A stretch of DNA of 62,584 bases, counting the filler, from a bacterium (GTDB lineage: Bacteria; JALSQH01): assembly GCA_027004335.1 (NCBI GenBank). It is 9 parts of 9 records of this genome, joined end to end, with 100 filler letters (N's around TTAATTAATTAA, not from the genome) between each part and the next. Parts side by side here need not be neighbours in the genome. Positions count along the whole stretch, not along the records: positions 35,837 to 43,809 come from JALTID010000186.1; positions 43,910 to 51,861 come from JALTID010000187.1; 7 more parts are not named here. One strand, 5' to 3'. This document shows, piece by piece, positions 39,263 to 48,970 of the stretch. A program made the translations under genes and the position numbers. Every line of letters begins with the position of its first letter. Positions within the stretch are counted from its first letter, which is position 1. The notes under the pieces were generated by a model that was not told the DNA's origin, searched no databases, and worked only from the letters and a program-made list of their open reading frames with translations.

Positions 39263-40098
39263 AAAAGTTTATTGGAGTATTAATTCTGACTTTTTTCATT
39301 ACCAATCCTCTCCTGGCTAAATTAAAAATAGTAACTTCCATTTTTCCCCTTTACAGTATAACAAAAGAGATTGTGGGAGACAGATGCGAGGTTGTTAATA
39401 TTCTTCCCCCCAATGTTTCTCCCCATATTTTTGAACCCAGACCCTCTGATGTCTTGAAGATGAGAGGGGCTGACATATTTGTTTATGTGGGGACAGAAGT
39501 TGAACCATGGGCGGTAAAATTAATGAGAGGAGCAGGTGGTAGCCCTGTTATAATTGAGTTTGCTTCTCTCGTTAAACCAGAAAATAATAATTATCATTTC
39601 TGGCTTGATCCCTCCATGGTTCTTGTTTTAGGTAAGAAAATTACCAGCGTGTTGGTCCAGAAGGATCCGGCTAATAAAAGTTACTATCTGAAAAGATTTT
39701 CTGTGCTTAACAAAAAATTACGGGAGCTTAATGAGCTTTATCGAAATAGGTTATCCCGGGTAAAAAATAAAAACTTAATTGTATTTCATAACGCATGGTA
39801 TTACCTTGCAAAGAGATATAGATTGAACATAGTTGATGTGGTAATAAAAGGAGAGGGAATGCAACCAACTCCCAGAGATATGCTGAAATTGGCTGAAGGT
39901 GCAAAAAAATACAGGATCAAAGTGATCTTTGGAGAAAAGCTGGGGAATGTAAAATTGTTAAAAAAGATCGCAAAGAACTTAGGTATTGGTTATATTCTAC
40001 TTGATCCTCTTGGATGTCCTGATTGCAGAGGAAGAGATAATTATTTTTCTTTTATGAAGTATAATTTAAACCAGCTTGTTTCAGGTTTAAACAGATGA
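39259..40098 (+). CDS. znuA: Zn/Mn ABC transporter substrate-binding protein
   Basis: Signal peptide, SPHIFEP, HFWLDP, FHNAW.Y, LDPLG. Confidence 0.8.
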   Translation: MKKFIGVLILTFFITNPLLAKLKIVTSIFPLYSITKEIVGDRCEVVNILPPNVSPHIFEPRPSDVLKMRGADIFVYVGTEVEPWAVKLMRGAGGSPVIIEFASLVKPENNNYHFWLDPSMVLVLGKKITSVLVQKDPANKSYYLKRFSVLNKKLRELNELYRNRLSRVKNKNLIVFHNAWYYLAKRYRLNIVDVVIKGEGMQPTPRDMLKLAEGAKKYRIKVIFGEKLGNVKLLKKIAKNLGIGYILLDPLGCPDCRGRDNYFSFMKYNLNQLVSGLNR

Positions 40099-40877
40099 AA
40101 GCTCTTGAAGTTAAAAATCTTACGGTGAAAATTGCTGGAAAAGTGATCATTGAAAATGTGAGCTTTGATGTTGTGGAGGGAGAAATTTTAGGAATAGTTG
40201 GACCCAATGGGGGTGGTAAAACAAGCCTTATAAGAGCTATTCTGGGATTTCTTGATTATACAGGTGAAGTCAGAATATTTGGTTTTACACCTTCTGAGGC
40301 TAAAAAGAAGGGTCTTACTGGGTATCTCCCCCAGAAAAGTCTCTATGATCCAGATTTTCCTGTAAAGGTCAGGGATCTTGTTGCTTTTGGAATGATGAAA
40401 AGCTGGTTTGGAAAGTTGCCTTCTAACTGGAAAGAGAAGGTGAGAAGTTATCTTTCAATGGTTAATATGGAAAAGTGGGAGAATTACCCCTTCGGAAAGT
40501 TATCGGGAGGACAGCAACAGCGAGTCTCCATTGCAAGAGTTCTGGCAGGTGAGCCAAAGATTGTATTTCTTGATGAGCCAAATACTGGTATAGATGTGGT
40601 TGCTCAGGAAGATTTCTATCAGTTGCTTATGAAAATAAATAAAGAATTAGGTGTAACAATTGTTATGGTTTCTCATGATATTGGTGTAATTTCTTCTTAT
40701 ATACATAAAACTGCCTGTCTCAACAGGGTACTTCATTATCATGGTGAACCTGTTTGTATCACAGATCCAGAGCTTTTAAGGAGAGTGTATGGCAGTGGTG
40801 CAGATATGATTTTGATTCATGATGAAAATTGTGAGAATTGCGGCTCAGTAAATGTGAAGGGTGAAGAGAGAAAATGA
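40095..40877 (+). CDS. znuC: Zn/Mn ABC transporter ATPase
   Basis: GPNGGGKT, GYLPQ, LSGGQQQR, LDEP, SHD, CLN. Confidence 0.82.
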   Translation: MKALEVKNLTVKIAGKVIIENVSFDVVEGEILGIVGPNGGGKTSLIRAILGFLDYTGEVRIFGFTPSEAKKKGLTGYLPQKSLYDPDFPVKVRDLVAFGMMKSWFGKLPSNWKEKVRSYLSMVNMEKWENYPFGKLSGGQQQRVSIARVLAGEPKIVFLDEPNTGIDVVAQEDFYQLLMKINKELGVTIVMVSHDIGVISSYIHKTACLNRVLHYHGEPVCITDPELLRRVYGSGADMILIHDENCENCGSVNVKGEERK

Positions 40878-41686
40878 TTGAAGTCCTTGCGCTTCCGTTT
40901 ATGCAAAAAGCTATCCTCGCAGGTAGTGTTTTGGCACTAATTACCGGGATTCTCTCAGTTTTTATAGTACTGAAAAAATTATCCTTTATTGGAGTGGGGA
41001 TCTCTCACACGGCTTTTGGCGGAGTGGCTCTTGGGATTCTACTGGGCACTAATCCCTATCTAACTGCTATGGCCTTTGCTCTGATAGGTGCATTCTGGAT
41101 CGGTGGAATAGGAAGAAAAGGTTCCCTACATGCAGATGTATCTATTGGGATCCTCTTTGCCACCGCAATGGCTCTTGGTGTGATTTTTCTTGGTTTTTCT
41201 CACAATTACAATGTGGATGTAATGGGTTATCTTTTTGGAAATATTTTAGTTCTTACTTCTGGAGATGTTTTTGCTTCTATCATTATTGGAGTGGTGTCTC
41301 TTATTTTTATCGCTTTATTTTTTAAAAGGATGTTTTTCGCCGCTTTTGATGAAGAACTGGCAGATGTTAATGGAATTCCTACCGCTTTTCTCTATTATCT
41401 TTTTCTTACAATTGTTTCTTTTACTGTGGTGATCTCAATTAAGATGGTGGGGATTATTCTTGTTTCTGCTCTACTTGTAATTCCCGGGGCTATAGCGTTT
41501 CTCATCACCTATGATTATAAGCTGATGGTTCTCCTCTCAATTATCTTTTCTATCATGGGAATCTACCTTGGTTTACTTTTCAGTTTTTTCTTAAATCTTC
41601 CCTCTGGAGCCACAATTGTTGTTACTCTTACCACTCTTTTTCTCGTCTTTTTTCTGATTCAACCTAAACGAAGAAGAATAACTTAG
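40874..41686 (+). CDS. znuB: Zn/Mn ABC transporter permease
   Basis: ISHTAFGG, YLFGNIL, FDEELA, VGIILVSALLVIP, PSGATIV. Confidence 0.85.
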   Translation: MIEVLALPFMQKAILAGSVLALITGILSVFIVLKKLSFIGVGISHTAFGGVALGILLGTNPYLTAMAFALIGAFWIGGIGRKGSLHADVSIGILFATAMALGVIFLGFSHNYNVDVMGYLFGNILVLTSGDVFASIIIGVVSLIFIALFFKRMFFAAFDEELADVNGIPTAFLYYLFLTIVSFTVVISIKMVGIILVSALLVIPGAIAFLITYDYKLMVLLSIIFSIMGIYLGLLFSFFLNLPSGATIVVTLTTLFLVFFLIQPKRRRIT

Positions 41687-41687
41687 C

Positions 41688-43211
41688 CTATTTTACAAGT
41701 TTATCCCAGCGTTCAATAATTTTATCTGTGGCATATGAGGAGAAAGCCATTATTGATTCTTGTGGATTCACTCCAAGAGATGTGGGGAATATGCTCGCGT
41801 CAATGATGAAAAGGTTATTTACCTCGTGCATCTCCAGATTTTCATCTACCACCGAATCCTTTGGATCTGAGCCCATCTTTGCTGTTCCCATAGGGTGAAA
41901 AGCAGAGAGCTCCAGCATATCTGGCTTGAGTTTGATTGTATCAATGGAGCTTAACTTAGATGGGGATGTGATTTCTTCCAGAGAAAAAATAGGTGGATAG
42001 ATCTTCTTTGCACCTGCGGCAAAATAGACCTCACTGGCGATTTTTATCGCTCTCCTAAATTTCTCCAGATCTTCTTTATTCATTTTATAAGTGATAAAAG
42101 GAGCGTTTCCAAATGGTTTAACTTTTCCTGAGGAAGAATCATGTACCATTATCCCGAATCCTGCGAGATGGTTATAATCAAGCATCATTTTTTTTATGCC
42201 TTTTCCAAAAGCAGGTAGGGCAATAGAGAGCATTGAAGGAGGTATCCAGAATCCTTCAAAGATAATCCCTTCATTAGAGAATTCATCCACACAGTAAGCT
42301 TGTGGGATCCCCTTCCAGCTTTCCAGATTCTCTTCAAAGTACCCCATGACCTTTGCAGCTGGGTGTATCCTCAAATTTTTACCCAGCCATCCACTAGATT
42401 TCCCTATTTTATTTTTTTGAAGCAGAAGGGGGGTCAAGATAGCACCTGCTGCAACAATTACCACTGGAGCGTTTATCTCAAATTTATAATTTGAAGGTTC
42501 AACCCCATATTTCCCCTTCAGGAAGTAGCCTGAAATTCCTGCGGCCTTTGGTCCTTTTGTGATAATTTTTTCTGCATGGGCATAGGTATAGTAGGTTGCT
42601 CCAGATTGCTCGGAGAGAGGAATGTATGTAACATGCATAGCCTGTTTTGCATCAATGGGACATCCAAAGGGGCATAGGCCGCTTCCTTCACAGTTTTTCA
42701 TATTTCTTTTTAATGTGAATCCATGAAATCCCAATTTTTCTGCACCAATGGCAAAAAGCTGATTGTTTCTCCCCATTAGTTCCCATGGTACTTCCATTGT
42801 ATGTGTTATTTCCTCAACTTCTTTGAAGTAAGGTTCTAACTTCTCAGATGTTATGGTTTTGATTCCATAGTGTTCCTGCCATTCTCTTATTACCTCATCT
42901 GGTGTTCTGAACATTGTTCCAGAGTTTATGGTGGTTGTACCTCCAAGAGTTTTACCAAGTGGGATCACTATCCCCGTATTGCCAAGCGATAAAATTGAAC
43001 CTGCATCTCTATACATCAGCTTTACCATTTCATAAGCATTCCCGTTGAAATGTTCTTTTGTAAAGTGCCCACCTTCCTCCACAATGATAACTTTTTTGCC
43101 TGCTTTTGCGAGGCGATAGGCTGCTGGTGCTCCTCCTGCCCCTGAACCTATGATTACTACATCTGCTTCTAATTTGAGATCCTTGTCTATTTTTCTTCCA
43201 TCTATGATCAT
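41688..43211 (-). CDS. GMC family oxidoreductase (long-chain alcohol oxidase-like)
   Basis: IGSGAGG, LGGTTTINSG, CEGSGLCPFGC, HPMGT, DASIFPTSLGVNPQ. Confidence 0.88.
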   Translation of the reverse strand: MIIDGRKIDKDLKLEADVVIIGSGAGGAPAAYRLAKAGKKVIIVEEGGHFTKEHFNGNAYEMVKLMYRDAGSILSLGNTGIVIPLGKTLGGTTTINSGTMFRTPDEVIREWQEHYGIKTITSEKLEPYFKEVEEITHTMEVPWELMGRNNQLFAIGAEKLGFHGFTLKRNMKNCEGSGLCPFGCPIDAKQAMHVTYIPLSEQSGATYYTYAHAEKIITKGPKAAGISGYFLKGKYGVEPSNYKFEINAPVVIVAAGAILTPLLLQKNKIGKSSGWLGKNLRIHPAAKVMGYFEENLESWKGIPQAYCVDEFSNEGIIFEGFWIPPSMLSIALPAFGKGIKKMMLDYNHLAGFGIMVHDSSSGKVKPFGNAPFITYKMNKEDLEKFRRAIKIASEVYFAAGAKKIYPPIFSLEEITSPSKLSSIDTIKLKPDMLELSAFHPMGTAKMGSDPKDSVVDENLEMHEVNNLFIIDASIFPTSLGVNPQESIMAFSSYATDKIIERWDKLVK

Positions 43212-43651
43212 CAGGCGACCTCCCTCTTTTTATGATAAAACCTGTCATAGGGATAACCTATTCTCTGAAGAACCTCTGGTATGGAATAGTAATAGGGTAA
43301 TATTAGCATTGATGCCATTATGTAGAGACCACGAAGAGAAAACATAGGGCTGTCGTGAAGTTTTTTCATTATCTTGTACCTTGTTTCAAAGGAGAGGGAG
43401 GAAAAGGTCCTGTATTTGAAAAATAGCAATGGTAAAATGAAGCTTATGAAAAAAAGAAGTATTCTTATGAAAAACCTATTAGTTTTACCCACTAAAAGAA
43501 AAAATGTGTCAGCTTCTTCCAGTATTTCTCTCTTGGGTATTTCAACAGGTATTGTTTCGTCATAGGGGGCAACAACTTCTGCAATTGCAATAATTGTTCT
43601 GCAGGAGTGTTTTTTTACGAATCTGCCTTTAAATTCCTTGCAGATTTTCAT
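43211..43651 (-). CDS. Small GMC partner protein (gluconate 2-dehydrogenase subunit 3-like)
   Basis: IAEVVAP, FSSLS.E.R, YYS.PEV...IGY; abuts the GMC start. Confidence 0.6.
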   Translation of the reverse strand: MKICKEFKGRFVKKHSCRTIIAIAEVVAPYDETIPVEIPKREILEEADTFFLLVGKTNRFFIRILLFFISFILPLLFFKYRTFSSLSFETRYKIMKKLHDSPMFSLRGLYIMASMLILPYYYSIPEVLQRIGYPYDRFYHKKREVA

Positions 43652-43652
43652 T

Positions 43653-43808
43653 TTATTTCTCCTTTAAAAGGTTTTCCATACCTTTTTCAAGATATTTTTT
43701 TGCTACGGAATATGCTTCTTTAGAATTTTTATTTTCTACTGCGTGAACCAATTCTCTATGAGTTTTTAGTAGAAACTCCTTTGATACGATCAAACCTTCA
43801 AAAACATC
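43653..43808 (-). CDS. C-terminal fragment, possibly the FCD domain of a GntR/FadR regulator
   Basis: Manual translation ...KTHRELVHAVENKNSKEAYSVAKKYLEKGMENLLKEK*; below the ORF-track cutoff. Confidence 0.45.
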   Translation of the reverse strand, partial: DVFEGLIVSKEFLLKTHRELVHAVENKNSKEAYSVAKKYLEKGMENLLKEK

Positions 43809-43809
43809 C

Positions 43810-43909
43810 NNNNNNNNNNNNNNNNNNNNNNNNNNNNNNNNNNNNNNNNNNNNTTAATTAATTAANNNNNNNNNNNNNNNNNNNNNNNNNNNNNNNNNNN
43901 NNNNNNNNN
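43810..43909. other. Artificial contig linker
   Basis: N44-TTAATTAATTAA-N44. Confidence 0.99.
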
Positions 43910-44451
43910 GCTTACCAATACTTGGTAATTTGTTGATGGGAGAGATGTTAAAGAATGGGATTAAAGTAAAACCTATTTACTTTTTTGAGAATCTTGTGGC
44001 GCCAACACAGAGAAATGTGTTACCTAATACAGGGATCAAGATCAAAGTTGATACCAAGCTTGAGAATTTTGAAGAGTTTTTAAGAAGTAAGATTTTTTCT
44101 GCCGGAGAACTTTCTTATGAGTATGAAAAAGAAGTTAAAAAAGTTTTTGATAACTTAAAGGATAACTATCAGATTAAATATATTCTATTTGTATGGGAGA
44201 AAAAGAAATCAAGTTTTTTAAAAAGCGAGCTTTATGCTGAAAGAATCGAAGCTTATTTGATTAATTTAAGCGATTTTTCTCTGGCATCTTATCAATTGAT
44301 AAAAGTAAAATCTCCTTCTCCTTTGAAGTTTGATTATTATAGAAAGATTGTAAAGTATGTTATTATTCCTGTTTTAATGGGTCAGAAGCCGTTAAAATTA
44401 TTGCTAAAATTTAAAAACGGCCTGAGCCTGGAATTGAAATATCTGAAGTAA
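43910..44451 (+). CDS. Hypothetical protein (5' truncated)
   Basis: Open frame of at least 173 codons, co-directional with the downstream cluster; no recognised motif. Confidence 0.55.
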
Positions 44452-44468
44452 TTTTTTAAGGTGGTTTC

Positions 44469-45452
44469 ATGAAGGTTTTTGTTACTGGTTCCACCGGCTT
44501 TGTTGGAAGTCATCTTGTAGATGCACTTCTGGAGAAGGGGTATCAGGTTTATGTTCTTGTGAGAAAGACCAGTAATCTGCAGTGGCTTGAGGGGAAAGAT
44601 GTGGTTAAGGTTGTTGGAGATCTAAGAGGTGAATTGTCTGATGATCTGAAAAATACCCTGAAGGAATCTGATTATGTTTACCATATTGCTGGTGCAATTA
44701 TGGGGGTTAAGAAGGAGGATTATTTCAGGGTTAATGAGGATGGAACCAGAAATTTACTTAAAGCTATGATAGAAGCCGGGGCCTCCCCCCAGCGTTTTTT
44801 ATATTTATCGTCTCTTGCAGCAATTGGACCGGGTTCAGATAAGCTGCCTGTTAAAGAGGAGGATCCCCCCCATCCTGTAAGCTGGTATGGAGAAAGTAAA
44901 TTAGCAGGGGAGAAGGTAGTTCGTGAATATGAAAATAAATTTCCCGTTACAATTGTAAGACCGCCTCCAGTATATGGCCCAAGAGATTATGGGATGTTAG
45001 ATGTTTTCAGGATGCTAAAGTATGGCATTGTGAGTGATGTGGGTAAAGATACTTATACGAATTTCGTGTTTGTTAAGGATCTTGTAAAAGGAATAATTCT
45101 TGCAGCGGAGTTTGAGAAAGGAGTAGGTGAGACCTTCCATATCGGTGATAACGAAAATATTGCTACTATCCAAGCGTTTAAAAGGGTGGCACAAGTTATT
45201 GGCAAGAGGGTGATTTCTTTTAAAATCCCCCTTCCTGTTGTTTATATTGCTGCAATTTTTTCTGAAATTAAGATAAGAGTTACAGGAGAACCTGAAATTT
45301 TTAATTTCCAGAAAGTCGCTGAATTAAAGCAGACCAACTGGATGATGGATATTTCAAAGGCGAAAAAAGTTCTTGGTTATGAGCCTGAGTATCCTCTTGA
45401 GAGAGGCGGTGAAATTACTTATAAATGGTATCTTGAAAAGGGATGGATTTAA
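44469..45452 (+). CDS. Extended SDR, NAD-dependent epimerase/dehydratase family
   Basis: TGSTGFVG, SSLAA, YGESK, RPP.VYGP. Confidence 0.9.
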   Translation: MKVFVTGSTGFVGSHLVDALLEKGYQVYVLVRKTSNLQWLEGKDVVKVVGDLRGELSDDLKNTLKESDYVYHIAGAIMGVKKEDYFRVNEDGTRNLLKAMIEAGASPQRFLYLSSLAAIGPGSDKLPVKEEDPPHPVSWYGESKLAGEKVVREYENKFPVTIVRPPPVYGPRDYGMLDVFRMLKYGIVSDVGKDTYTNFVFVKDLVKGIILAAEFEKGVGETFHIGDNENIATIQAFKRVAQVIGKRVISFKIPLPVVYIAAIFSEIKIRVTGEPEIFNFQKVAELKQTNWMMDISKAKKVLGYEPEYPLERGGEITYKWYLEKGWI

Positions 45453-46181
45453 ATGAAAAAATTCTGGGAGCAGTTTAAGGGTTTTGAAAAAGAATCAGCA
45501 ACTGTACTTTTATATGCGTCTGTAATCCTGGTCCTTTTTGCGTATCAGGGTCACCCATCATTTTTACTTAAGCACTGGGGAAATCTGCCTGCTGTAAAAG
45601 CAATGCCGGATTTCTACAGTCAGATGTACAGGTTTTTCTTCTCTTTTGTTTTCTTTTTTATCATTCCCGCATTGATTGTTAGATTCTATTTTAAAAAACC
45701 TCTTAAATCTTACGGTCTTAGCTTAGGTGAAAACAAAGATGATATTAAGTTTGGTGTTTATTTTGTTGTTCTTAGTTTTATTGTGCTTGCTCCGTTGCTC
45801 TATATCAATGCAGCCAGCCCCGATTTTCTGAAGGAATACCCGCTCTGGAAACAGGTGGGGAAAAATGCTGGAAATTATTTTCTCTGGATATTTTTGTATC
45901 TTTTTTACTACATAGGCTGGGAATTCTTTTTCCGCGGTTTTATGCAATTCTCTCTGATTGGTAAAATTGCCCCCTTTTTCATAATAATGATGCAAACTCT
46001 TCCAAGTACAGTTGTACATATAGGTAAGCCAGAAGGAGAGATGTTTTCTGCTGTTATCGCAGGTCTTGTTTTTGGTGCAGTTGCTTTAAGAACAAAGTCT
46101 ATTATTTATCCTCTGCTGGTTCACTGGTATGTGGGTGCTTTGACGGAATTATTTTGCTATGTTCATCTTTTCCCGAAATAA
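45453..46181 (+). CDS. CPBP/CAAX (Abi) family intramembrane endopeptidase-like protein
   Basis: WEFFFRG, VVHIGKP.GE, RTKSI.YP.LVH; multiple TM helices. Confidence 0.82.
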   Translation: MKKFWEQFKGFEKESATVLLYASVILVLFAYQGHPSFLLKHWGNLPAVKAMPDFYSQMYRFFFSFVFFFIIPALIVRFYFKKPLKSYGLSLGENKDDIKFGVYFVVLSFIVLAPLLYINAASPDFLKEYPLWKQVGKNAGNYFLWIFLYLFYYIGWEFFFRGFMQFSLIGKIAPFFIIMMQTLPSTVVHIGKPEGEMFSAVIAGLVFGAVALRTKSIIYPLLVHWYVGALTELFCYVHLFPK

Positions 46182-46198
46182 GAAATAAGGAGAAAAAT

Positions 46199-47200
46199 AT
46201 GAAAGCCCTTGTCACCGGTGCAAATGGTTTCATAGGGAGTAATCTTGTGAAGTTGCTTCTTGATCGGGGATGGGAAGTTAGATCTATGGTATTAAAGGGG
46301 ACCCCCCTTGATTTCATAGAGGGTCTTGACACAGAGATAGTTTATGCGGATATAACCCTGCCAGATACGCTTCCGCCAGCACTTAAGGGAGTTGATGTGG
46401 TTTTTCACCTTGCTGCTATTGCCTCCGACTGGGGTCCAAAAGAGCTTTTTATGAGGGTTAATGCAGAAGGGAGTAGAAATATGGTTGAGGCCTCTGCAAA
46501 TGCCGAGGTAAAGAGATATATTCAGATGAGTTCCGTGGCGGTACATGCCTATAATGGCCATCCCCATTCTGATGAAACTGCTCCCAGAGATTGTCCTTCC
46601 TATCTCTACTATGGCCAGTCAAAAATTAAAGCTGAGAATTATGTTAATGAATTTTATAAAAGTGGTAAACTGGAAACCGTTATTATAAGGCCGGGACTTT
46701 TTCCCTTTGGGCCCAATGATACTACAAGTTTTTACAGATTAGCGGCTGCCCTGGAGAAGGGTGCTTTCTCTTATGTTAATGGTGGTAAAGCAAAGGTCTC
46801 CACTGCTTATGTTGAGAATCTTGTTCACGGTATGGAAATTGCAGCAAAACATGAAAAGGCAGCAGGTGAGATTTTTATTATATCAGATGGATGGGAGTTA
46901 ACATGGAGAGAGTTAATGGAGAGGTTCTGTGATGAATTAGGGGTTAAACACCCATGGCTCAGCATACCCTATCCAGTAGCTAATATGGTTGCAGGAATAA
47001 TGGAAAATGTCTGGAGGAAATTGAAACTAAAAGATGATCCACCCATTACAAAGTACAGAGCTTCTCTTATGAAAGATGATCTTTTCTTTGTCCCTGATAA
47101 GGCGAAAAAAATCCTGGGATATGAACCTATCATTGATCTTAACGAGGCAGTAAAAAGAACAGTTAACTGGTATAAAAGAGTAAAGGGGAGGTATGGATGA
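46199..47200 (+). CDS. Extended SDR, 3-beta-HSD-like reductase
   Basis: TGANGFIG, VFHLAA, SSVAV, YGQSK, AYVENLV; AAGGAG before ATG 46199. Confidence 0.88.
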   Translation: MKALVTGANGFIGSNLVKLLLDRGWEVRSMVLKGTPLDFIEGLDTEIVYADITLPDTLPPALKGVDVVFHLAAIASDWGPKELFMRVNAEGSRNMVEASANAEVKRYIQMSSVAVHAYNGHPHSDETAPRDCPSYLYYGQSKIKAENYVNEFYKSGKLETVIIRPGLFPFGPNDTTSFYRLAAALEKGAFSYVNGGKAKVSTAYVENLVHGMEIAAKHEKAAGEIFIISDGWELTWRELMERFCDELGVKHPWLSIPYPVANMVAGIMENVWRKLKLKDDPPITKYRASLMKDDLFFVPDKAKKILGYEPIIDLNEAVKRTVNWYKRVKGRYG

Positions 47201-48450
47201 AGAAGTTGATTGCTCTTTTCACTTTCTTTTATCCTGTGTTTTTATTTGGTAATTTTATGTATGTGCCTGATGATGTAGGGCTTTCTCCTGTGTCAATCAG
47301 TTCTCTTCAGACACTTTCACCTTTTTATGAGAAGGAAACTGCTGCATATTATAATCCAGCCGGGCTTGTCAGAGCGGACAATGTTGAATTTTCATTGAAT
47401 TATATCCATTATGTTCCAACACTTTCAGCAAGTTCATTTACTGTAAATAACGATATTGTTGACTATGCCGTATTTGCTTTTGTTCTTCCTGTAACAAGAG
47501 TAATTAAAGTGGATACAGATTTGAATTTTGGTGTTGTTTTTGGTTCTGATAAATTTTTTCAGGTTCCCTTTCAGTATTATGACGCATGGTCAGATTCTCC
47601 AGCTTTTTTCAGGTATGGATCACCTCAAATGGTAGCTGTTCCCTCTTTCGGTCTGAGAATTTCCAGAGTTCTTATGCTTGGTTTTGGAACAAATATCTAT
47701 GTAAAGGCGGACAATGAAATGGATGTAAATACGCAGTTTACAGGCCAGGGAATACAGGGAACAAAGGCTCAGTTTGACAGTGAAATGAAAACAGGTTTGA
47801 TCGGGGGAGCTTTAATTGATCTGGGGAACATAAAGATGTCTTTCTGTTACAGAGATGCCATAGGGTATAAGATTGATGTTTCAAATACAAGTGATGTTTA
47901 CGCTGGAACAGCCCAATTAACTACTTTTACCATGTACCTTTATTTTTATGATTCATATGCTCCCCAAACACTGGAGTTTTCTATTATGGGTCATACCGGA
48001 AGGTTTGATATAGGATTGAGGGCGAGATTCAAAAGGTGGTCACTTCTGAAAGGTATTCTCAATGATAGTGATATGATCAGGGGCAATGTAAAGGAATTAA
48101 AATTCAGAAATACTCTTTCTCCTGCCGTGGCAATGAGGTATAGAACAGGAAAAGAGGGAAAAGTACATTTTTATGCTGGAATTGGGTATGAGATGACTCC
48201 TCTTGCAAGTACTTATAATCCAGTAGTAAATTTTGTGGATTCAGATAAATTAAATCTGGGGATCGGAAGTGTAATTTTATATGAAAATAGGAAATTTCTC
48301 TATACACCATTGAAACTTGAAATCGGGTATAGATTTGGATATCTGTTCCCCCGATCATTTACAATCGAAAACAGGGATGGAGATAAAACTTCAACAAAAA
48401 TTTCAGGATTTGATAACACCCTTTCTTTTATGTTCTCCGTAGGATTTTAG
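47197..48450 (+). CDS. FadL/TodX-like outer-membrane hydrophobic-compound transporter
   Basis: Signal peptide, AAYYNPAGL hatch motif, amphipathic beta strands, C-terminal Phe. Confidence 0.72.
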   Translation: MKKLIALFTFFYPVFLFGNFMYVPDDVGLSPVSISSLQTLSPFYEKETAAYYNPAGLVRADNVEFSLNYIHYVPTLSASSFTVNNDIVDYAVFAFVLPVTRVIKVDTDLNFGVVFGSDKFFQVPFQYYDAWSDSPAFFRYGSPQMVAVPSFGLRISRVLMLGFGTNIYVKADNEMDVNTQFTGQGIQGTKAQFDSEMKTGLIGGALIDLGNIKMSFCYRDAIGYKIDVSNTSDVYAGTAQLTTFTMYLYFYDSYAPQTLEFSIMGHTGRFDIGLRARFKRWSLLKGILNDSDMIRGNVKELKFRNTLSPAVAMRYRTGKEGKVHFYAGIGYEMTPLASTYNPVVNFVDSDKLNLGIGSVILYENRKFLYTPLKLEIGYRFGYLFPRSFTIENRDGDKTSTKISGFDNTLSFMFSVGF

Positions 48451-48956
48451 CTGTACTTTTTGGCATGTTCAATTATCATTTTCATAAGTTCAGACATGGC
48501 AGATGGATCTGTGCCTGTGAAAAGATTCCCGTCATGTTCCACTTCATTTCCTGTATAAATTGCTCCTGCATTTACAAGGTCATCTTTTATGGCATAATAC
48601 CCTGCTATTCTCTTACCTTTTACTATTCCTGCAGAAATTAAAACCCATGGTCCGTGACATATTGATCCAACAATTTTTCCTGTGTCATAAATTTTTTTAA
48701 CGAATTCAAGAACTTCGGGGTATCTTCTCAATCTATCAGGGGCATATCCACCCGGAATAAAGAGAATATCATAGTCATCTGGAGAAACTTCAACTATGCT
48801 TTTATCAGATTTATGAGTCATGCCTTTTTTACCTTTAAAAGTTCCTCTATTGGGAGAAATTACATCCACATCCCATCCTTCTTCTTTGAATCTGTAATAG
48901 GGATAGAGAAATTCTACATCTTCCACAAATTCTTCAATGAGAATGGCTACTTTCAT
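48447..48956 (-). CDS. PfpI/DJ-1 family protein
   Basis: EDVE..YP, IPGG.APD.LR, SICHGPW. Confidence 0.92.
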   Translation of the reverse strand: MKVAILIEEFVEDVEFLYPYYRFKEEGWDVDVISPNRGTFKGKKGMTHKSDKSIVEVSPDDYDILFIPGGYAPDRLRRYPEVLEFVKKIYDTGKIVGSICHGPWVLISAGIVKGKRIAGYYAIKDDLVNAGAIYTGNEVEHDGNLFTGTDPSAMSELMKMIIEHAKKYS

Positions 48957-48970
48957 GGCAGCCTCCTTTT

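Noticed and set aside
43651..43809. Possible fusion of the upstream fragment with the GMC partner ORF
   Set aside because: A TAA at 43653-43655 ends the upstream frame; these are two genes.
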